64,000 nt of DNA from Dictyostelium discoideum. Its lineage: Eukaryota. Shown in pieces: positions 35,529 through 50,641 of this stretch. Location of the stretch: the NCBI GenBank assembly GCA_000004695.1, contig CM000153.2:4160001-4224000 (forward strand). The letters are read 5' to 3'. How positions within the stretch are numbered: position 1 is the first letter of the stretch; every line of letters starts with the position of its first letter. The notes beneath the pieces were generated by a model. The model was not told the DNA's origin. It ran no database searches and saw only the letters and a list, made by a program, of their open reading frames with translations. A program made the translations under genes and the position numbers.

Positions 35529-37221
35529 AGAGTTTTCAAATGGGAAAATTAATTATTTAAATTTTACAAATTTACCACCCAGTTTACATTATTTAACAAT
35601 GGAAAATAATGGTATGACAGGTACGATACCAACTTGGTATCCAAATAATTTTTCAATGCTTTTTCTAAAGGGTAATAAGTTGACAGGAGAGTTTGATGAA
35701 AATTGGTATAATGATGATTTTGATATTAGCGATAACTATATTGATATTTATCTTCCATCATGTTTTAAATGTCATTATTTACAACCATCGATTAGCAGAC
35801 CAATATCTGGTAATAGATTTAAAAATTTCGACCCAAATAATTTAGAACCATGTTTAAGCATAGATTTAAATCTTTCATATAATAATTCCACTGATCAATT
35901 ACTATTGTATGGTAGTGATCTTGGATTTCCAACATCAATCATGATATTAGATAACCCAATTTTAGTATTTGATTATGGTGAACAATGCAAAGAAATTAGA
36001 ATTTTTAAGCCTAGATGGAAGATAGGAGAAGTACCAAAAGCAATTAATGTTACATTTCCTTTTTTACCACAAGGTCAAAGAACGTTTGAAATCTCTGCAT
36101 ATAATGAATTTTTACCACAAATCAGTAGTATAATTAGATATTCAGATTATTTTATTATCAGTGGTAAATACTTTGCATACAATCAGAGTGTAACTACTGT
36201 TTTAATTTCAAATCATTCATGTTCAATTATAACAAGTAATTTCAATGAAATTCAATGTTATCTTTCAAATTCAAATCAAATCATTAATAATGAAGAATTA
36301 ATTACAAGTATTATTCAAGTTATGAATGTTTCAAGTACATTTAATTTCAGAGTGAATCAAGCATGTAATGGTAATAATTGTCCAATCGCAGATTGTAATA
36401 AATATGGTGAATATAATTATGAAAGTGGTGTTTGTGATTGTTATTCAAATGAATGGAGAGGCTATTCATGTGAATTAAAATCATTAAATTGTTTAAGTAA
36501 TGATTGTAGCGGTAATGGTTATTGTAATAATATCATTGGTAAATGTGAATGTAATACAAATAGAGTATTCGATGATTGTAGTGGTATATTATGTAATAAT
36601 GGTCATGGTTGTTTTAATGGAGGTAATTGTAATTTTCAAAATGGAATTTGTAATTGTTCATCCAAATGGATCGAAAGTTCAGGATGTGCAACACCCAAAC
36701 AATCAATTGATTCACAACAATTAGTACAAATAGAAAATGATCAAATACTAACATTAATTGGTTGGTTTGGTAATATTAATATATTTTTAACAATATTAAT
36801 CGATGGTAAAATTTGTGACATCATTTCCAATGATAATGAAACCATTCAATGTATTCCACCATATTATCCGTGTGATTTCATAAAGACCTCATCATTAGAA
36901 CTATCAGTTTCTCAAAATAATTACATATGGAATGGAATTTATAATCCAATATTTATCAATGGTTGTAGTAATAGTAATGAAGGCAGTAGTAGTAGTGTTG
37001 GTGGCAATAGCGATTCTTCATTACCATCACCATCATCATCATCATCATCATCCAATAACCCAAATTTAATTAGTCTATTCATTTTGTTATTCCTAATTAT
37101 ATTGGTTTTGTTAGGTTTTGTTTTTCTTAGAAAATTAATTATAAAAAATAATTATTTCCGCTATAACAACCTTAATACCAATGAAAATGAAGTCAATATA
37201 TTTTTAAGAAATATAAACTAA
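35529..37221 (+). CDS. Unit 5 exon 7 (LRR, EGF-like repeats, TM). The tail is frame-divergent and shorter.
   Basis: ORF 35599..37221 extended to the acceptor aattag at 35526-35528. Confidence 0.7.
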
Positions 37222-37516
37222 TTGACCTTAATAGGTAATATTCCAAACAATAAAAAAAAATCAGGAAAAAGAAAAAGAAAAAAAAAAATAGAAAAATAAT
37301 AAGAAATAAAATGTTTTATTTTGTTAATTTCAGAAATTGAACTTCTTTTTTTTTTTTATTTATTTTTTTTTTCCAACTATTTTTTTTTTTTCAAAATTAA
37401 TTTTGGGAGATCGGAGATAGTGAGTGTTTGATTAATAATTGGGATGAGTGGTTGCAGACTTTTTTTTTTTTTGGTGATTGGTTGAATCTAATAAAAATAT
37501 TGAAAATAAAAAATGA

Positions 37517-37521
<5 letters not shown>

Positions 37522-37590
<69 letters not shown>
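37522..37590. repeat. Poly(A) homopolymer, about 69 nt.
   Basis: Direct count in the sequence. Confidence 0.9.
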
Positions 37591-37593
<3 letters not shown>

Positions 37594-37882
37594 ATGAAAA
37601 TGAATTTATTTTTTTTTTTATTTTTATTTTTTTTTTAAATTAAACTCACCTCTTAGACACACACTATCACATCTACTTTTATTGTTGTTATTTTTTTTTT
37701 TATCATTATTAATTAATAAAAAATAATAATACAAAATCTATACCATATGTATGTGTATACACACTTGTATTAAAAAAAAAAAAAAATAGAAAGGTAGATT
37801 TGTAACACAACATATAGTTTAGAGGGTTTTTTTTATTTTAATCTTAATTTTTTTTTTTTTTTTTTTTTTCATTATAAAAATA

Positions 37883-37921
<39 letters not shown>

Positions 37922-38018
37922 TAAGTATTATTATTTTTTTTATAATCATTATAGTGTGTGATAAAAAAAAAAAAAAAAAAAAAACGAAAAAATAAAATAA
38001 AAATAAAAAAAAAACAAT

Positions 38019-38345
38019 ATGTCTAGATTAGATAGATTGTTAACATTATTAGAGACAGGTAGTAGTCCTTCTATTAGAAAGGCAGCAGCTCAACAAATTG
38101 GTGAAATTCAAAAATTATATCCATATGATTTACAATCATTATTAGATAAAGTTCAAGTTTATTTAAGTAGTGATAGTTGGGATACAAGAATTGCAGCAGG
38201 TCAAGCAATTGAAGCCATTGCTTCAAATGTACCATTATGGGATCCAATTGAAAGAATAAAAGAAAAGAAAGAAGAAGAACTACAAAAATTAAAAGATGGT
38301 ATACCATCATCATCAACAACATCAACATCAACAACAACAACAGAT

Positions 38346-38417
<72 letters not shown>

Positions 38418-39058
38418 CCTATTTTAAATGAAGATGAATTCGATTTACAATTTAAAAATTTTGATATTGTTAAAGTATTAAATTATGGAGCACCATTGGT
38501 AGCATCTGGTGGTAAAGAATTTGATGAGGAGGAATTAGATCCAAATATGGATCCAAAGGAATTATTATTAAAACAGAAAAAGAAATTAAAGAAACAATTA
38601 GGTTTAGATGATTTACCAATTAAATTGGAATCAATGGATAGTTTAGTAGAGGATAAAGATATAGTTTTAAATAATAGTAAATCTGCAATAAAAGCAAAGA
38701 AAGAGAAAGAAGAGAAAGAAAAGAAAGAGGATATTTCAATGGTTTTAGATACAACTGGTATGTCTGCACGTGAAAGAAATAAAGCAAAAAGAAAAGCAAG
38801 AAATTTAGTTAAAGAAAAAGAAAATGAAAAACCAACAAAACGTTTTAAAGAAGTTAAATCATCAAATAATAATAATAACAACAATAATAACAATAATAAT
38901 AATAGTACAACTGAAAAAACCAAACAACATATTACAGAACAACCACAAGATTCTGGTAAAATTGTTATGGAAAGTATTTTAGATGTTGATAAAGCATATA
39001 ATCAAGATGAATGGCCATTCACTTCAATTTTTAATGATTTAGTTATTGATTTATTTAG
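38019..39058 (+). CDS. btaf1: TATA-binding-protein-associated factor BTAF1/Mot1 (SNF2-family ATPase with N-terminal HEAT repeats), exon 1.
   Basis: MSRLDRLLTLLETGSSPSIRKAAAQQIGEIQKLYPYDLQSLL...WDTRIAAGQAIEAIASNVPLWDP parallels human BTAF1 ([29 protein letters not shown]...WDTRIAAGQAVEAIVKNVPEW). GTATGT donor at 39059. Confidence 0.8.
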
Positions 39059-39103
39059 GTATGTTTTTTAAAATATATATATGGATAATATATGATATTA
39101 ATA

Positions 39104-39205
<102 letters not shown>

Positions 39206-42200
39206 TCCAACATGGGAAATTAGACATGGATCATTAGTTGGATTAAGAGAAATTTGTAAGAAACATGGTGGTGGTGGTGGAAAGACAATTGATACACCAA
39301 TTGATAAGATGGATTATGTTAATGCTAAATGGTTAGAGGATTTTTCATTAAGATTACTTTGTGTGATTTCATTGGATAGATTTGCAGATTATACTTCGGA
39401 TCAAATTGTAGCACCAGTTAGGGAGACATGTACTCAAACGTTGGGTATTGTAGTGAAATATATGGATAATGAGAGTGTGTTGAAGGTTATTGATATTCTA
39501 TTACATTTACAAAATAATAAATTATGGGAGGTTAGACATGGTGGAATGTTGGGTATAAAATATGTGGTTGCGGTTAGATTGGATTTAATCGATATCATAT
39601 TACCAAGAATTTTACCAACCATCACCGATGGATTAATGGATAGTGATGACGATGTTAGAGCATGTGCTTCCGAAACCTTTCATCCAATCTCAAGATACTT
39701 GGTAGAGAAACATATAGATAAATTACCAGAGATTTTAACAATACTTTGGGATATCCTATTGGAATTGGATGATATTTCAGTTTCAACTTCAAGTGTTTTA
39801 AATTTATTATCAAATTTTTATTCTTATCCTGAAGTTTTACCACCATTAAAAAGTAATAATAATAGTAGCAATGGTAATGGTAATGGTAACAATGGTAATG
39901 AATCATCATCAAATTCATCAACACCACCATTATTACCACATACTCAACATAGTAAATTAGCACATTTAGTACCAAGATTATATCCATTCTTTAGACATAA
40001 TCTTTATTCAGTTAGATTATCATCAATAAAGACATTGGAGAGATTAATAGTTTCAACACCACAGGATTCTAAAACTCATTGGTTATTATCGATCCTACCA
40101 GATTTAATGCGTTATATCTTTCAAAATATCATTTTGGAGGAGAGAGAGGATATCGTTGATTTATCATTATCAACTTGGGAATCATTAGTAAAGATATTCA
40201 AACCAAATGTTATACGTGGTGCTTGTAGATCTTATTTCTCACAATGGGTAACATTATTATCAACACCACCAAATACATTATTTGATAAATCATTATTATT
40301 AGATGCTTCAAAGATTAAACAAGAACAATTATTAGGTGGTGGTGGTGGTGGTGTTGTTGCACCAACTGCTGGTAGGAAAATTAAAAGATCATTACAACAG
40401 CAACAACAGCAACAGCAACAGCAACAACAGACAATTGCAAATTTAGAATATTTAAATATTAGAAGTAAAATCATTGGTTCGACAGCGGTTGGTTTAATAG
40501 TTAGAATGTGGCCAATAGAGGATATAAATGAAATTCAAGATATGTTTTATTCAATGTTAACATCGATATCAGGTTTACATAGACATTTAGCATCGTTAAT
40601 ATTGGCAGAGGCTTATTCTGCTGAATCACAACCAAATCAACCACCAATGTTTCAATTACCACCAAATACAATTCAATTTCTAAATCAACATTTATTAGAG
40701 GAGTTGGAGAATAGAACCACAGTCAATTACTATATGGAAGCCACTAATATAGTTTCAAATAAATTGGTTTCCGATGTTAGAGTTTTAGCATCAAGTTTAT
40801 TGAATGTTGGTGTTGATTTTAGTGGTGTTGAATTATTAAATATTTTAAGTAATCCAAGTATTCAATTACCTTATGAACAAATTATGCCATACGCTGTTGA
40901 ATTGGTTACAAATGTTTATGATTTTTGTGTTGGTTATATTAGACAATTACCACAACCACAACAACAACAACAACAACAACCATCAAATACAATAGAATTA
41001 ATAATTGATCAATTAGAAGCTAGAAAAAAGACAATATTAGTTACGATTGGGTTTGTTGAAAAGATTCAAACTGAATATCATACTCAGGTACTCTCTGAAA
41101 TGTCAACACTTTTAATCGTATCTAATAATATACCGCCAAAAGTATCAGCGATTGTACGTTCATTAATGTTGGCAATTAGAAAAGATGAGAATCCACTATA
41201 CCAATTACGTGCAGCCAGATCATTATCACAATTCATTGAGATGTCATTAACACGTACACCATGTCCAAATCCAAAGATCATAAGTTCAATGTTTACCTTG
41301 TTATGTGATGATCATACTGAAACCCCATTAATACCTCCAACTTCAACATCAACAGTTTCAATTAAAATTGAAAAAGAATCATTACTTACAACTCAATTAG
41401 ATTCATCAAATGATCAAACAGCATTAATGGTTGATTCAATTACAATTCAAAATGATGATGAAATTAGATTAGCAATATTAGCTCGTAAAGGTTCTGTAAT
41501 GTTTTTCAATTCACTTTGTAAAAGATTTTCTAATCGTTTATTTGAAAGTTTACCAACATTATTATCAACAATTACAAATGATACAATGATGAAATTATAT
41601 CAAATTCATTTACAACAACAACAACAACAGCAACAAAATAATCAACAACAATTACAATTACAACAACAACAGCAACAAAATAATCAACAACAACAAAAAG
41701 AACAACAAATTATATTATTTCAAAATGAAGAATTACAAAAAGTTATTGATGAAATTCAATTGATACGTGTTTTATTACCAGTATTAAATCCATGTTATCA
41801 TTCAATGATGATTGAATTAATTCAAGTTATATTTCATTTTGTAAAGTATCCAAAACATCAAGTTCAAATGATGGCAAGTAAATGTATTGCAAGATATTGT
41901 CAAATATTGACATTACCATCTATGAGATTTTTAATTAGAAATCTATTACCATTGTTGGGTGATACACGTTCTCTAACCAATCGTATGGGTGCAATCAATA
42001 CGGTATCACAGATCATTCGAGATATGGATATGCAAATATTGCCATACATTGTATTCTTTACAATTCCAATTCTAGGTTGTATGAGTGATCAAGATCCTGA
42101 TCAACGTAGAGTGGCAACTTTATGTTTTGCAAAATTGGTCAAATTGATGCCATTGGAAAAAGGTGTACCCGATCCTGAAGGATTAGATCAAGATTTAATT

Positions 42201-44183
42201 CAACAAAAACAAGAGGAACGAAAATTCTTGGAACAATTATTAGATGGCTCAAAGGTTGAGAATTACCCATTGCCAATTCGTATCAACACTGAATTGAGAA
42301 AGTATCAACAGGATGGTGTCAATTGGTTGGCTTTCTTAAATAAATATAAACTTCATGGTATTCTTTGTGATGATATGGGTTTGGGTAAAACATTACAAAC
42401 CATTTGTATCATTGCTGGTGATGACTATCATAGACGTGTAAACTATCAAGAGAAGGGTACACCCGATTTCGCACCATTACCATCGTTGGTCATTTGTCCA
42501 CCTTCCTTGGTTGGCCACTGGTTCTATGAGATTAAGAAGTTTTGTAGTGATTCAACAATGAAACCAATGACTTACATGGGTAATCCATCGGAACGTCAAG
42601 CTCAAAGATCCAAATTCAAAGATCACAATGTATTGATTATGTCTTATGATATCATGAGAAATGACATTGATATACTCTCAGAGATGCATTTCAATTATTG
42701 TATCCTCGACGAAGGTCATATCATAAAGAATGCAAAGACAAAGTTAACACAAGCTGCAAAACGTTTACAATCGAATCATCGTCTCATTCTATCTGGTACA
42801 CCAATTCAAAATAATGTCTTGGAATTGTGGTCATTATTCGACTTTTTAATGCCAGGTTTCCTTGGTACTGAAAAATTATTCAATGAACTCTACAGTAAAC
42901 CCATTTTAGCTTCCAAAGATCCAAAATGCTCAACAAAAGATCAAGAAGCTGGTGTATTGGCAATGGAAGCACTTCATCGTCAAGTTTTACCATTCTTACT
43001 TCGTCGTCTAAAAGAGGATGTTTTAGCTGATTTACCTCCAAAAATTATTCAAGATCGTTATTGTAATCTATCACCATTACAAATTCGTCTATATGATTAT
43101 TTCTCTAGAACTCAATTTAAAGAAACTATTAAAAATGAAGTCGAAGATGAAAATGAAGATGCTGATGAAGGTGGTGAAAGTAAAAAGAAAAAAGGAGGTA
43201 ATGGTGGTGGTGCAACTCACATTTTCCAAGCACTTCAATATTTAAGAAAACTTTGTGGTCATCCATCATTTGTTTTAAATCCTGAACATCCACAATATCC
43301 ATCAATTATGAAAGAATTTAAATTACAACCAAATGATATTTTAGATATTGCTCATTCACCAAAATTAGTATCATTAAAAGAATTACTATTAGAATGTGGT
43401 ATTGGGTTATCAAATGTTCAACAACAACAACATCAACAACAAAGTAAAGCAGCAATTGCAGCAGCAACAGCAAATGAAACCATTAATGAAAGTACAAATC
43501 AACATCGTGTTTTAATTTTCGCACAAATGAAATCAATGTTGGATATAGTTGAGAATGAATTATTTAAGAAACATTTACCATCGGTAACTTATTTGCGTAT
43601 GGATGGTAGTGTTGAAACAATGAAGAGACATAGTATTGTAAATCAATTCAATTCCGATCCAACCATTGACGTTTTATTATTGACAACTCATGTAGGTGGT
43701 TTAGGTTTGAATTTAACTGGTGCTGATACTGTCATCTTTTTAGAACATGATTGGAATCCAATGAAAGATTTACAAGCCATGGATAGAGCTCATCGTATTG
43801 GTCAAAAGAAGGTGGTAAATGTTTATCGTTTAATCACCAGTGGCACTTTGGAGGAAAAGATTATGGGTCTTCAAAAGTTCAAATTAAACATTGCAAACAC
43901 TGTCATCAATCATGATAATTCAAGTCTTCAAACTATGTCAACCAATGAACTATTGAATCTTTTCGATTACTCTGATGATCAAAAATCTCAACAATCTAAA
44001 TCAACCAATTTGGCAGATTATAATAATGAATCCTCAATCTCTGATACTGGTGAAGTAACTAACAACAGTAATGCAAGTGGTGGTAAACTTAAGAATATTT
44101 TGGATTCTTTAGGTGAACTTTGGGATGAATCTCAATATACTGAAGAATTTAATTTAAATAATTTCATGAATCAATTATCTTAA
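39206..44183 (+). CDS. btaf1: BTAF1/Mot1 exon 2: HEAT repeats plus SNF2 ATPase and helicase-C domains. The spliced protein is about 2005 aa.
   Basis: Helicase motifs are present: LHGILCDDMGLGKTLQT, DEGHIIKN, LILSGTPIQNN, LLLTTHVGGLGLNLTGADTVIF, HRIGQKKVVNVYRLIT. The intron 39059..39205 contains (ATT)n. Acceptor attag. Confidence 0.85.
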
Positions 44184-44736
44184 TCCAAGAAAAAAAATAA
44201 AAAAAAAATAAAAAAAAAAAAAAAAAAAAAAATCTAATAAAAAAAAAATATTTGTCATTGTTGGTCAAAACATTCAAATTTTAAGTTTATTAAATTTCTT
44301 ATGTTAATTTATTTTTTTTGTTTTTTTTTAAAAAAAAAAAAGATAGTTATATTCATGGCAATTTAAATTTATTTTAGTTATTTTTCTTTTTTCTCTTTTT
44401 TATTTTTTTTTTTTTTTTATTATTTAAAAGTCAAAAGAATAAATGAATTACATCTTGATAATTTTAATTGGTTTTCTTTTAATTTTATTTATTCAATTTG
44501 ATATTAAAAAATAAAAAAATAATTAAATTTTAAAAAAAAAATTTTAAAAAAAAAAATATATTCATTTTTTTTTATATATTATATCATTTTTGAGTGCTCT
44601 ATTTTTAAATTCTAAATTCATATTAAAAATAAATAAAATTAAATCATTGTTAAAAAATTAAGATTTAGATTTTCCATTTTAATTATAATTTCCAAATTTA
44701 TTTAAAATTGAATTTTTAAATCTAAATTTTATTTTA

Positions 44737-44786
<50 letters not shown>

Positions 44787-44867
44787 TTTCAAAAAATTAA
44801 TAACCCAAATTAAGATTTTAATAATAATAATCTAAATAATAAACGAGTAATACAAAAAGAGTTTTTT

Positions 44868-44905
<38 letters not shown>

Positions 44906-45670
44906 AAAGACAATATTAAAAAAAAAAAAAATAGATTAAATCTTGGAACTACATAAAAGATAAAAATAAAAAAAATAAAAAAAATAGAAAAAAATAAAAA
45001 ATAAAAGATTAGATTGGTTTGTAAATTTATGCCGAATTATGTCCATTGTTTTGTTTATTATAAAAAATAAAAAAATAAATAAAATTAAAACAATTAAAAA
45101 ATTATAAAATTAAAATTAAAAATAAAATAAAAAAATTTGTAGATATATAAAAAATACAAATTATTTGTAGAGTGGCAAAAATTAATTAATTTATTTTTTT
45201 TTCCAGTCGTGTGGAAAAAAAAAATTAAAAAAAATTAAAAAAAAATTAAATTAAAAAAAAAAAAAAAAAAGAAAAGGAAAAAATTAAAAAATTTTTTTTT
45301 TATTTTTTTTTTTTTAATTTTTTCGTTTTTTTTTTTTTTTTTATTTTTTTTTTATTATCAAATTTTTAAAAACCATTAATAAAATCCACATCAACAACAA
45401 CAACCATAATTTCTTTTTTCTTTTTTTTTTTTTTTTTGTTGGTCATTATTAGATTAGAAAAAAAAGAAAAAAAAAAAATTTAATTTATAAATTTTTTTTT
45501 TTTTCCTTTTTTTTTTTTTTTTTTTTTTTTTCTCTCTATTTATTCCCAATACACATTCAATTTGTTATGTTTTTAAAATTAATCAATTAAAAAAAAAAAA
45601 AAAGAAAAAAAAAAAGAAAAAAAAAAAGAAGAAAAAAAAAAAAAGAAAAAAAAAAAAAAAAAAGTAAAAA

Positions 45671-45706
45671 ATGATTATGGATGATAATCAAGGCCATAAC
45701 AATAGC

Positions 45707-45777
<71 letters not shown>

Positions 45778-46033
45778 CAACAATAATAATAATAACAATC
45801 AAAATTATAATTTAAATAATTATAAAAATAGCTACAATAATTATAATAATAATAATAATAATACAAATGGATTTAAATATCAACAACAATCAACACAATA
45901 TCACCACCAACAAATTGAAGATTTATCATTTGAAGATTTAATGTTTGGTGAGTCACCATTAGATAAACAAAATGATCCATTATATGTTGACCAGGATTCA
46001 CCACAAAAATATGACCACAGAGTTATAAGTGGT

Positions 46034-46064
<31 letters not shown>

Positions 46065-47977
46065 ATAATAATTATAATAATAATAATAATAATAATAATA
46101 ATTTAATTGGTGGATTATCAAATTCAATGATGTCATCATTAAATATGATGATGATTGGTAGTGGTAGTGGGGCAATGATTGGATCAGTTTATGATTCACC
46201 AAATTTAAAAGGAATTAAAGGTGTTTTAAAGAAAGAGAAAAGACCAAAATCAGATAAATCAGATAGACATGCAGTGTTAATTTCAACCAAAGGTGATAAG
46301 ATTAATTTAGCTATTCTATTGAAACAATTGGAAGAATGTGGAGCAGTTAGAGCACATCATTTCAGAGAGAGACAAACCTTTGGATTCGTACAATTTCTCG
46401 ATAGTGACAGTGCAGACAATGCCATCGATCTATTGAACAATCAAGACATCGATGGTCAAATCATAACGGTAGAGCGTATCAAAAGAATTACACCAGGTAA
46501 GGATCCAAGAATTGCAAGTGTAGGATCACCACAATGCAGCTCCCTTCCAACCACACTACCATCCATGATTGAAAATAAACCAGACTCAACACTCGTTCTA
46601 AAGAATTTACCATTCAATTTGAAACAAGTCCAACTCCAAGAGATCTTGGAGGGCATCAACCCATCGGCACCACAATCTGTAAATTTCCACTATGATAACA
46701 TTGGCGTCTTTAGAGGTATGGCCTTTGTAAAGTATAGATTGGTCGAAGACGCCGTCAAAGTATTCGATGCTCTAAATGGTACCGATGTACATGGTCGTAG
46801 AGTACGTTTGGAGTACAAACGAAAGGTATCCAAATCTTCAGAGATCCCTCAAGAGGTATTGGAGGATGAACAACTTCGTAGGGTTTGGGAGCAACTAAAA
46901 GAGTTTAAAGATGACCCATTGGCAACCGAAATCACTTTCAACTCTTTTACTGGCGTTCAAAGAATGTACATTCATAATATGGCTGAGAAATTAAAGTTAT
47001 CTCATACCTCTGTTGGTGAAGAACCAAATAGGTCAATCGTTGTAACAAATAAAAAATCTTTAATGGGTACTCCAACTCAAGATTCAATTTTATTATCATC
47101 TTCTCCTCATCAAATTGGTGTCACTCTCGGTAGTGGTAGTACTGGTATACCTGCTACAACCCCCTCTTCAACTTTAAATAATAGTCTTGGTATTTCAAAT
47201 CCTTCAAGTTTTAGTAGTAATTCTTTTAATAATAATAATACAAATAATCTTATAAATTTAAGTAATAATAGTTTTAATAACAATAACAATAGTAATACTG
47301 GTAGTTTATCAACTACTCCAACTTCAATAGGTGTTGGTTTAATTTCATCATCTTTAAGTCAAACTCAAAATCAAACTCAAAATCAAACTCAAAATCAACA
47401 AAATCAAATTCAAAATCAAACTCAAAATCAACAAAATCAAAATAGTATTAGTTTTAATAGTACTATAGGTTTTAATATAAACAGAGTAAAATTAAGCGGT
47501 AATAATAACAATAATAATAATAGTAACGGCAATAGTAGTGGTGTAGGCACAACAGTTTTAAATAGTCATATTGGTTTCAATGTTGTAAATCCAATTAATG
47601 GAATTGGCGCAAGTGTAAATAATAATAACAATAATAATAATAATGGTTCAACGACTCAAACCCCAAATAACTCATTAAATAATAGTAATTTCATGTCATT
47701 TAGTAACATTGGTGGTGATTCTAAATTTGGATCATCATGGGAAAAATCATCACCAATTAACCAACAACAACAGCAACCACCACAACAAACAGCAAGTTTT
47801 TTAACTATCAAAGGATTCCGAGATAGATCCTATTCAGCATCAGCTATATCATCAGATATTGATCTTTCATCTCCCAATTGGAGAAATACAAATTCATCAA
47901 CAGCAAATTCATTTGGTTTAATTGGTTCAACTTCCAATAGTAATACTAGTAATATTACTAATGGTTTTAATATTTCA

Positions 47978-48069
<92 letters not shown>

Positions 48070-48439
48070 CAACAATAATAATAGTAATAATATCATTATT
48101 AATAGTAAAAATAATAATTTTAATAGTAATAATATATTATCACCAACCCCTCCTTCATCTTATAACAGTCCAATTACTATTAGTAGTGGTATTAATGGTA
48201 ACAATAGTTTTAATAATAATAATAATAATAACAGTAGTGGTATTTTCATTCCAAATTCATCACCAAATAATATAATAAGTAATAATAGTATTAATTTTAG
48301 TGGAAATAGTAATAGTTTTAATTCTCCAATTTTACGTCAACCAAGAGGCCCAGATGGAACAAAAGGATTTTCTGATAATTATCGCGCTACAAGAAAATTG
48401 GGTCAAAGTCCTGCCTCTTCTTCACCATTAATTAACTGA
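45671..48439 (+). CDS. RNA-binding protein with RRM and R3H domains and very long Asn/Ser-rich low-complexity regions.
   Basis: RRM: LVLKNLPFNL...FRGMAFVKYRLVEDAVKVFDALNGTDVHGRRVRLEYK. R3H: ...TFNSFTGVQRMYIHNMAEKLKL. The single ORF is 922 aa. A 5' intron cannot be excluded. Confidence 0.6.
47985..48070 (+). repeat. (AAT)n coding tract (about 40 Asn) in the RRM/R3H protein.
   Basis: Direct. Confidence 0.85.
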
Positions 48440-48826
48440 TTGATTTAATTCAATCAATACATTCCTTTCTCGACTAATAATAATAATAATAATATTATCA
48501 CAATAGTTTAAAATTATTAATCTTTTAATAATGATCATTGTTCGCATAATAAATAATAAAAATACAAATATAAAAACAAAATATCAGATTCACTTTTAAA
48601 GAAATAAAAAAAAAAAAAAAAATAAGAAAAAAAAAAATTATATATATATATTTATACTAAAAACAACATTGGAGAAATTCCGATCAAATCTATCTATTTA
48701 AAAAAAAAAAAAAAATAATAATAATAATATAATAACAACAAAACACATAAATAAAAAACTATACGACCGTTTATGATTGTAATTATTTATAATAATTTTA
48801 TTATTTTATTTTTATTTTAATTGTTT

Positions 48827-48887
48827 TTAAAATTCACCACCACTTTGAGAAATAACTGATGCTTCATCCCATGGACCATTAATTTCG
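48827..48887 (-). CDS. pigC: PIG-C exon 4, the terminal exon.
   Basis: NEINGPWDEASVISQSGGEF* matches human ENIHGPWDEAEI. Acceptor tattttag. Confidence 0.7.
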
Positions 48888-48962
48888 CTAAAATAAGAAA
48901 AAAAAAAAAGTTAGTTAAATGTGGGAAAAGTGTGAATAATAAATTTTTTTGAAAAAACTTAC

Positions 48963-49277
48963 TTTTTATATTTTTGAATGAAAATTAACCAAAGTGGACA
49001 AACAAAAGTGATTGTACCAATGATACCAATATAAATTAAAGCCAATAATTTACTCATACCAAGTAGTAAAAGACTACAAGTTACACATAGTATAACTGTT
49101 AAACCAACATGTAATTCCATTGAATGTCTTTTTAAATGGTGTCTAAATATTGGAAATAAGGCAAACGTTTCAATTGCATAAGAAATTAAAACAAAAACAT
49201 GAATATTTGATGGTAATCTAGATCCTAATAATACTGATGCAAAAATTGCTGCATTTAATGAAACTGGTGCTGAAAAT
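48963..49277 (-). CDS. pigC: PIG-C exon 3.
   Basis: SLNAAIFASVLLGSRLPSNIHVFVLISYAIETFALFP matches human [43 protein letters not shown] donor. Confidence 0.7.
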
Positions 49278-49357
49278 CTAAAACATATTTATTAATAAAT
49301 TAAATTAAATTAAATTAAATAAAACTAAATAAAAAATTAATTTATAATTATATTTAC

Positions 49358-49544
49358 TTTTGAGATTCATTATTTGTGTAACCATAATCATGGAAAAATA
49401 AATGAGCCAATAATAAAATAAATGTTAATGCCCAAATTGTATCATCGCTAAATGAGTTTGTCAATGTTCTCAATACTGGTGATAATCCATAAACTGTACC
49501 AAATAATAATATAATATGTAAAAAACTTGATCTAATTGATAAAA
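49358..49544 (-). CDS. pigC: PIG-C exon 2.
   Basis: [26 protein letters not shown] matches human [24 protein letters not shown]. Acceptor aaatag, GTAAAT donor, phases consistent. Confidence 0.7.
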
Positions 49545-49589
49545 CTATTTTATTTTTAAATTATAATATTAGTATACTAATTTTTAATC

Positions 49590-49648
<59 letters not shown>

Positions 49649-49654
49649 GATTAC

Positions 49655-49965
49655 AATTTGCAGAAGGATCAATGATAATGATAGCAATATAACCTAATAC
49701 AAGGAAACCACCAGCCATTGCAACCAAGAATGGTAATGTGAGTGTATGTTTTAATGAATGAAAGAATATGATTGCAAATAGAATTACACTTGTTATTTGT
49801 TGAGATACTGTGAAACTATCTAAAACTACTGTCCAGAAATCATATTTTATAAAATTTGCATTTTGTACTAATCCTATTAAAAATGTTTCATCTGTATAAT
49901 TATCTGAATATGGTTGTTTTTCGTATAGATTCTTTTTCCATTTATTATCTATATTATTATTATTA

Positions 49966-50012
<47 letters not shown>

Positions 50013-50159
50013 TGTATTATTTGCACTATTTATATTGATATTCGTTTGTACAGGTGATGATGATGATGATGAAGAAGATGACGCATTTATATTATTAATA
50101 ATACGATGATTTAAGTGGTGATCATTCATTTTTGTATGATCATTTGTTTTTCTATCCAA
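49655..50159 (-). CDS. pigC: PIG-C / Gpi2 (GPI-GlcNAc transferase subunit C), exon 1, with a Dictyostelium-specific poly-Asn N-terminal extension.
   Basis: WKKNLYEKQPYSDNYTDETFL matches human PIGC [21 protein letters not shown]. Minus-strand GTAATC donor in phase 1. The first Met could be at 50159 or 50127. Confidence 0.7.
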
Positions 50160-50262
50160 TTATTATATATATATCCCTCTTTGAATAATAGCAATGTTGT
50201 GGTGAAAATCGAAAGTTGTATAATTGCGAGAATAAAAAAGTAAAAATAAATTTTTTTTTTTT

Positions 50263-50315
<53 letters not shown>

Positions 50316-50539
50316 TAATGTCAAATATATTTATTATATTACAATTGTAATCTTATTTTTGTAACAGTGGAAATAAAATAAAAAAAATAAATAAAAATAA
50401 AAATAAAAGTGAATGTTTTAACTGATTCTAATTAAAAATAGTTTTTTTTATTTTTTTAATTTAAAAATAAAAATCTAAAATTTTCAACAAAATTTTTTTT
50501 TTTTTGTTTTTTTTTTTGTTGTTATAAATTTATTACAAA

Positions 50540-50542
50540 ATG
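50540..50542 (+). CDS. WD40-repeat protein, exon 1, consisting of the ATG only.
   Basis: The context is caaaATGgtaagc. The downstream ORF has no in-frame ATG before a stop, and the acceptor caag|TTT at 50641 restores the frame (phase 0). Confidence 0.45.
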
Positions 50543-50641
50543 GTAAGCTTTATAAAATTATATCTTTTTTAAATAAATCAATTACTATGTTTATTAACCT
50601 ATCATTCCTTTTAATAAATAAAAATATAAATATAAATCAAG

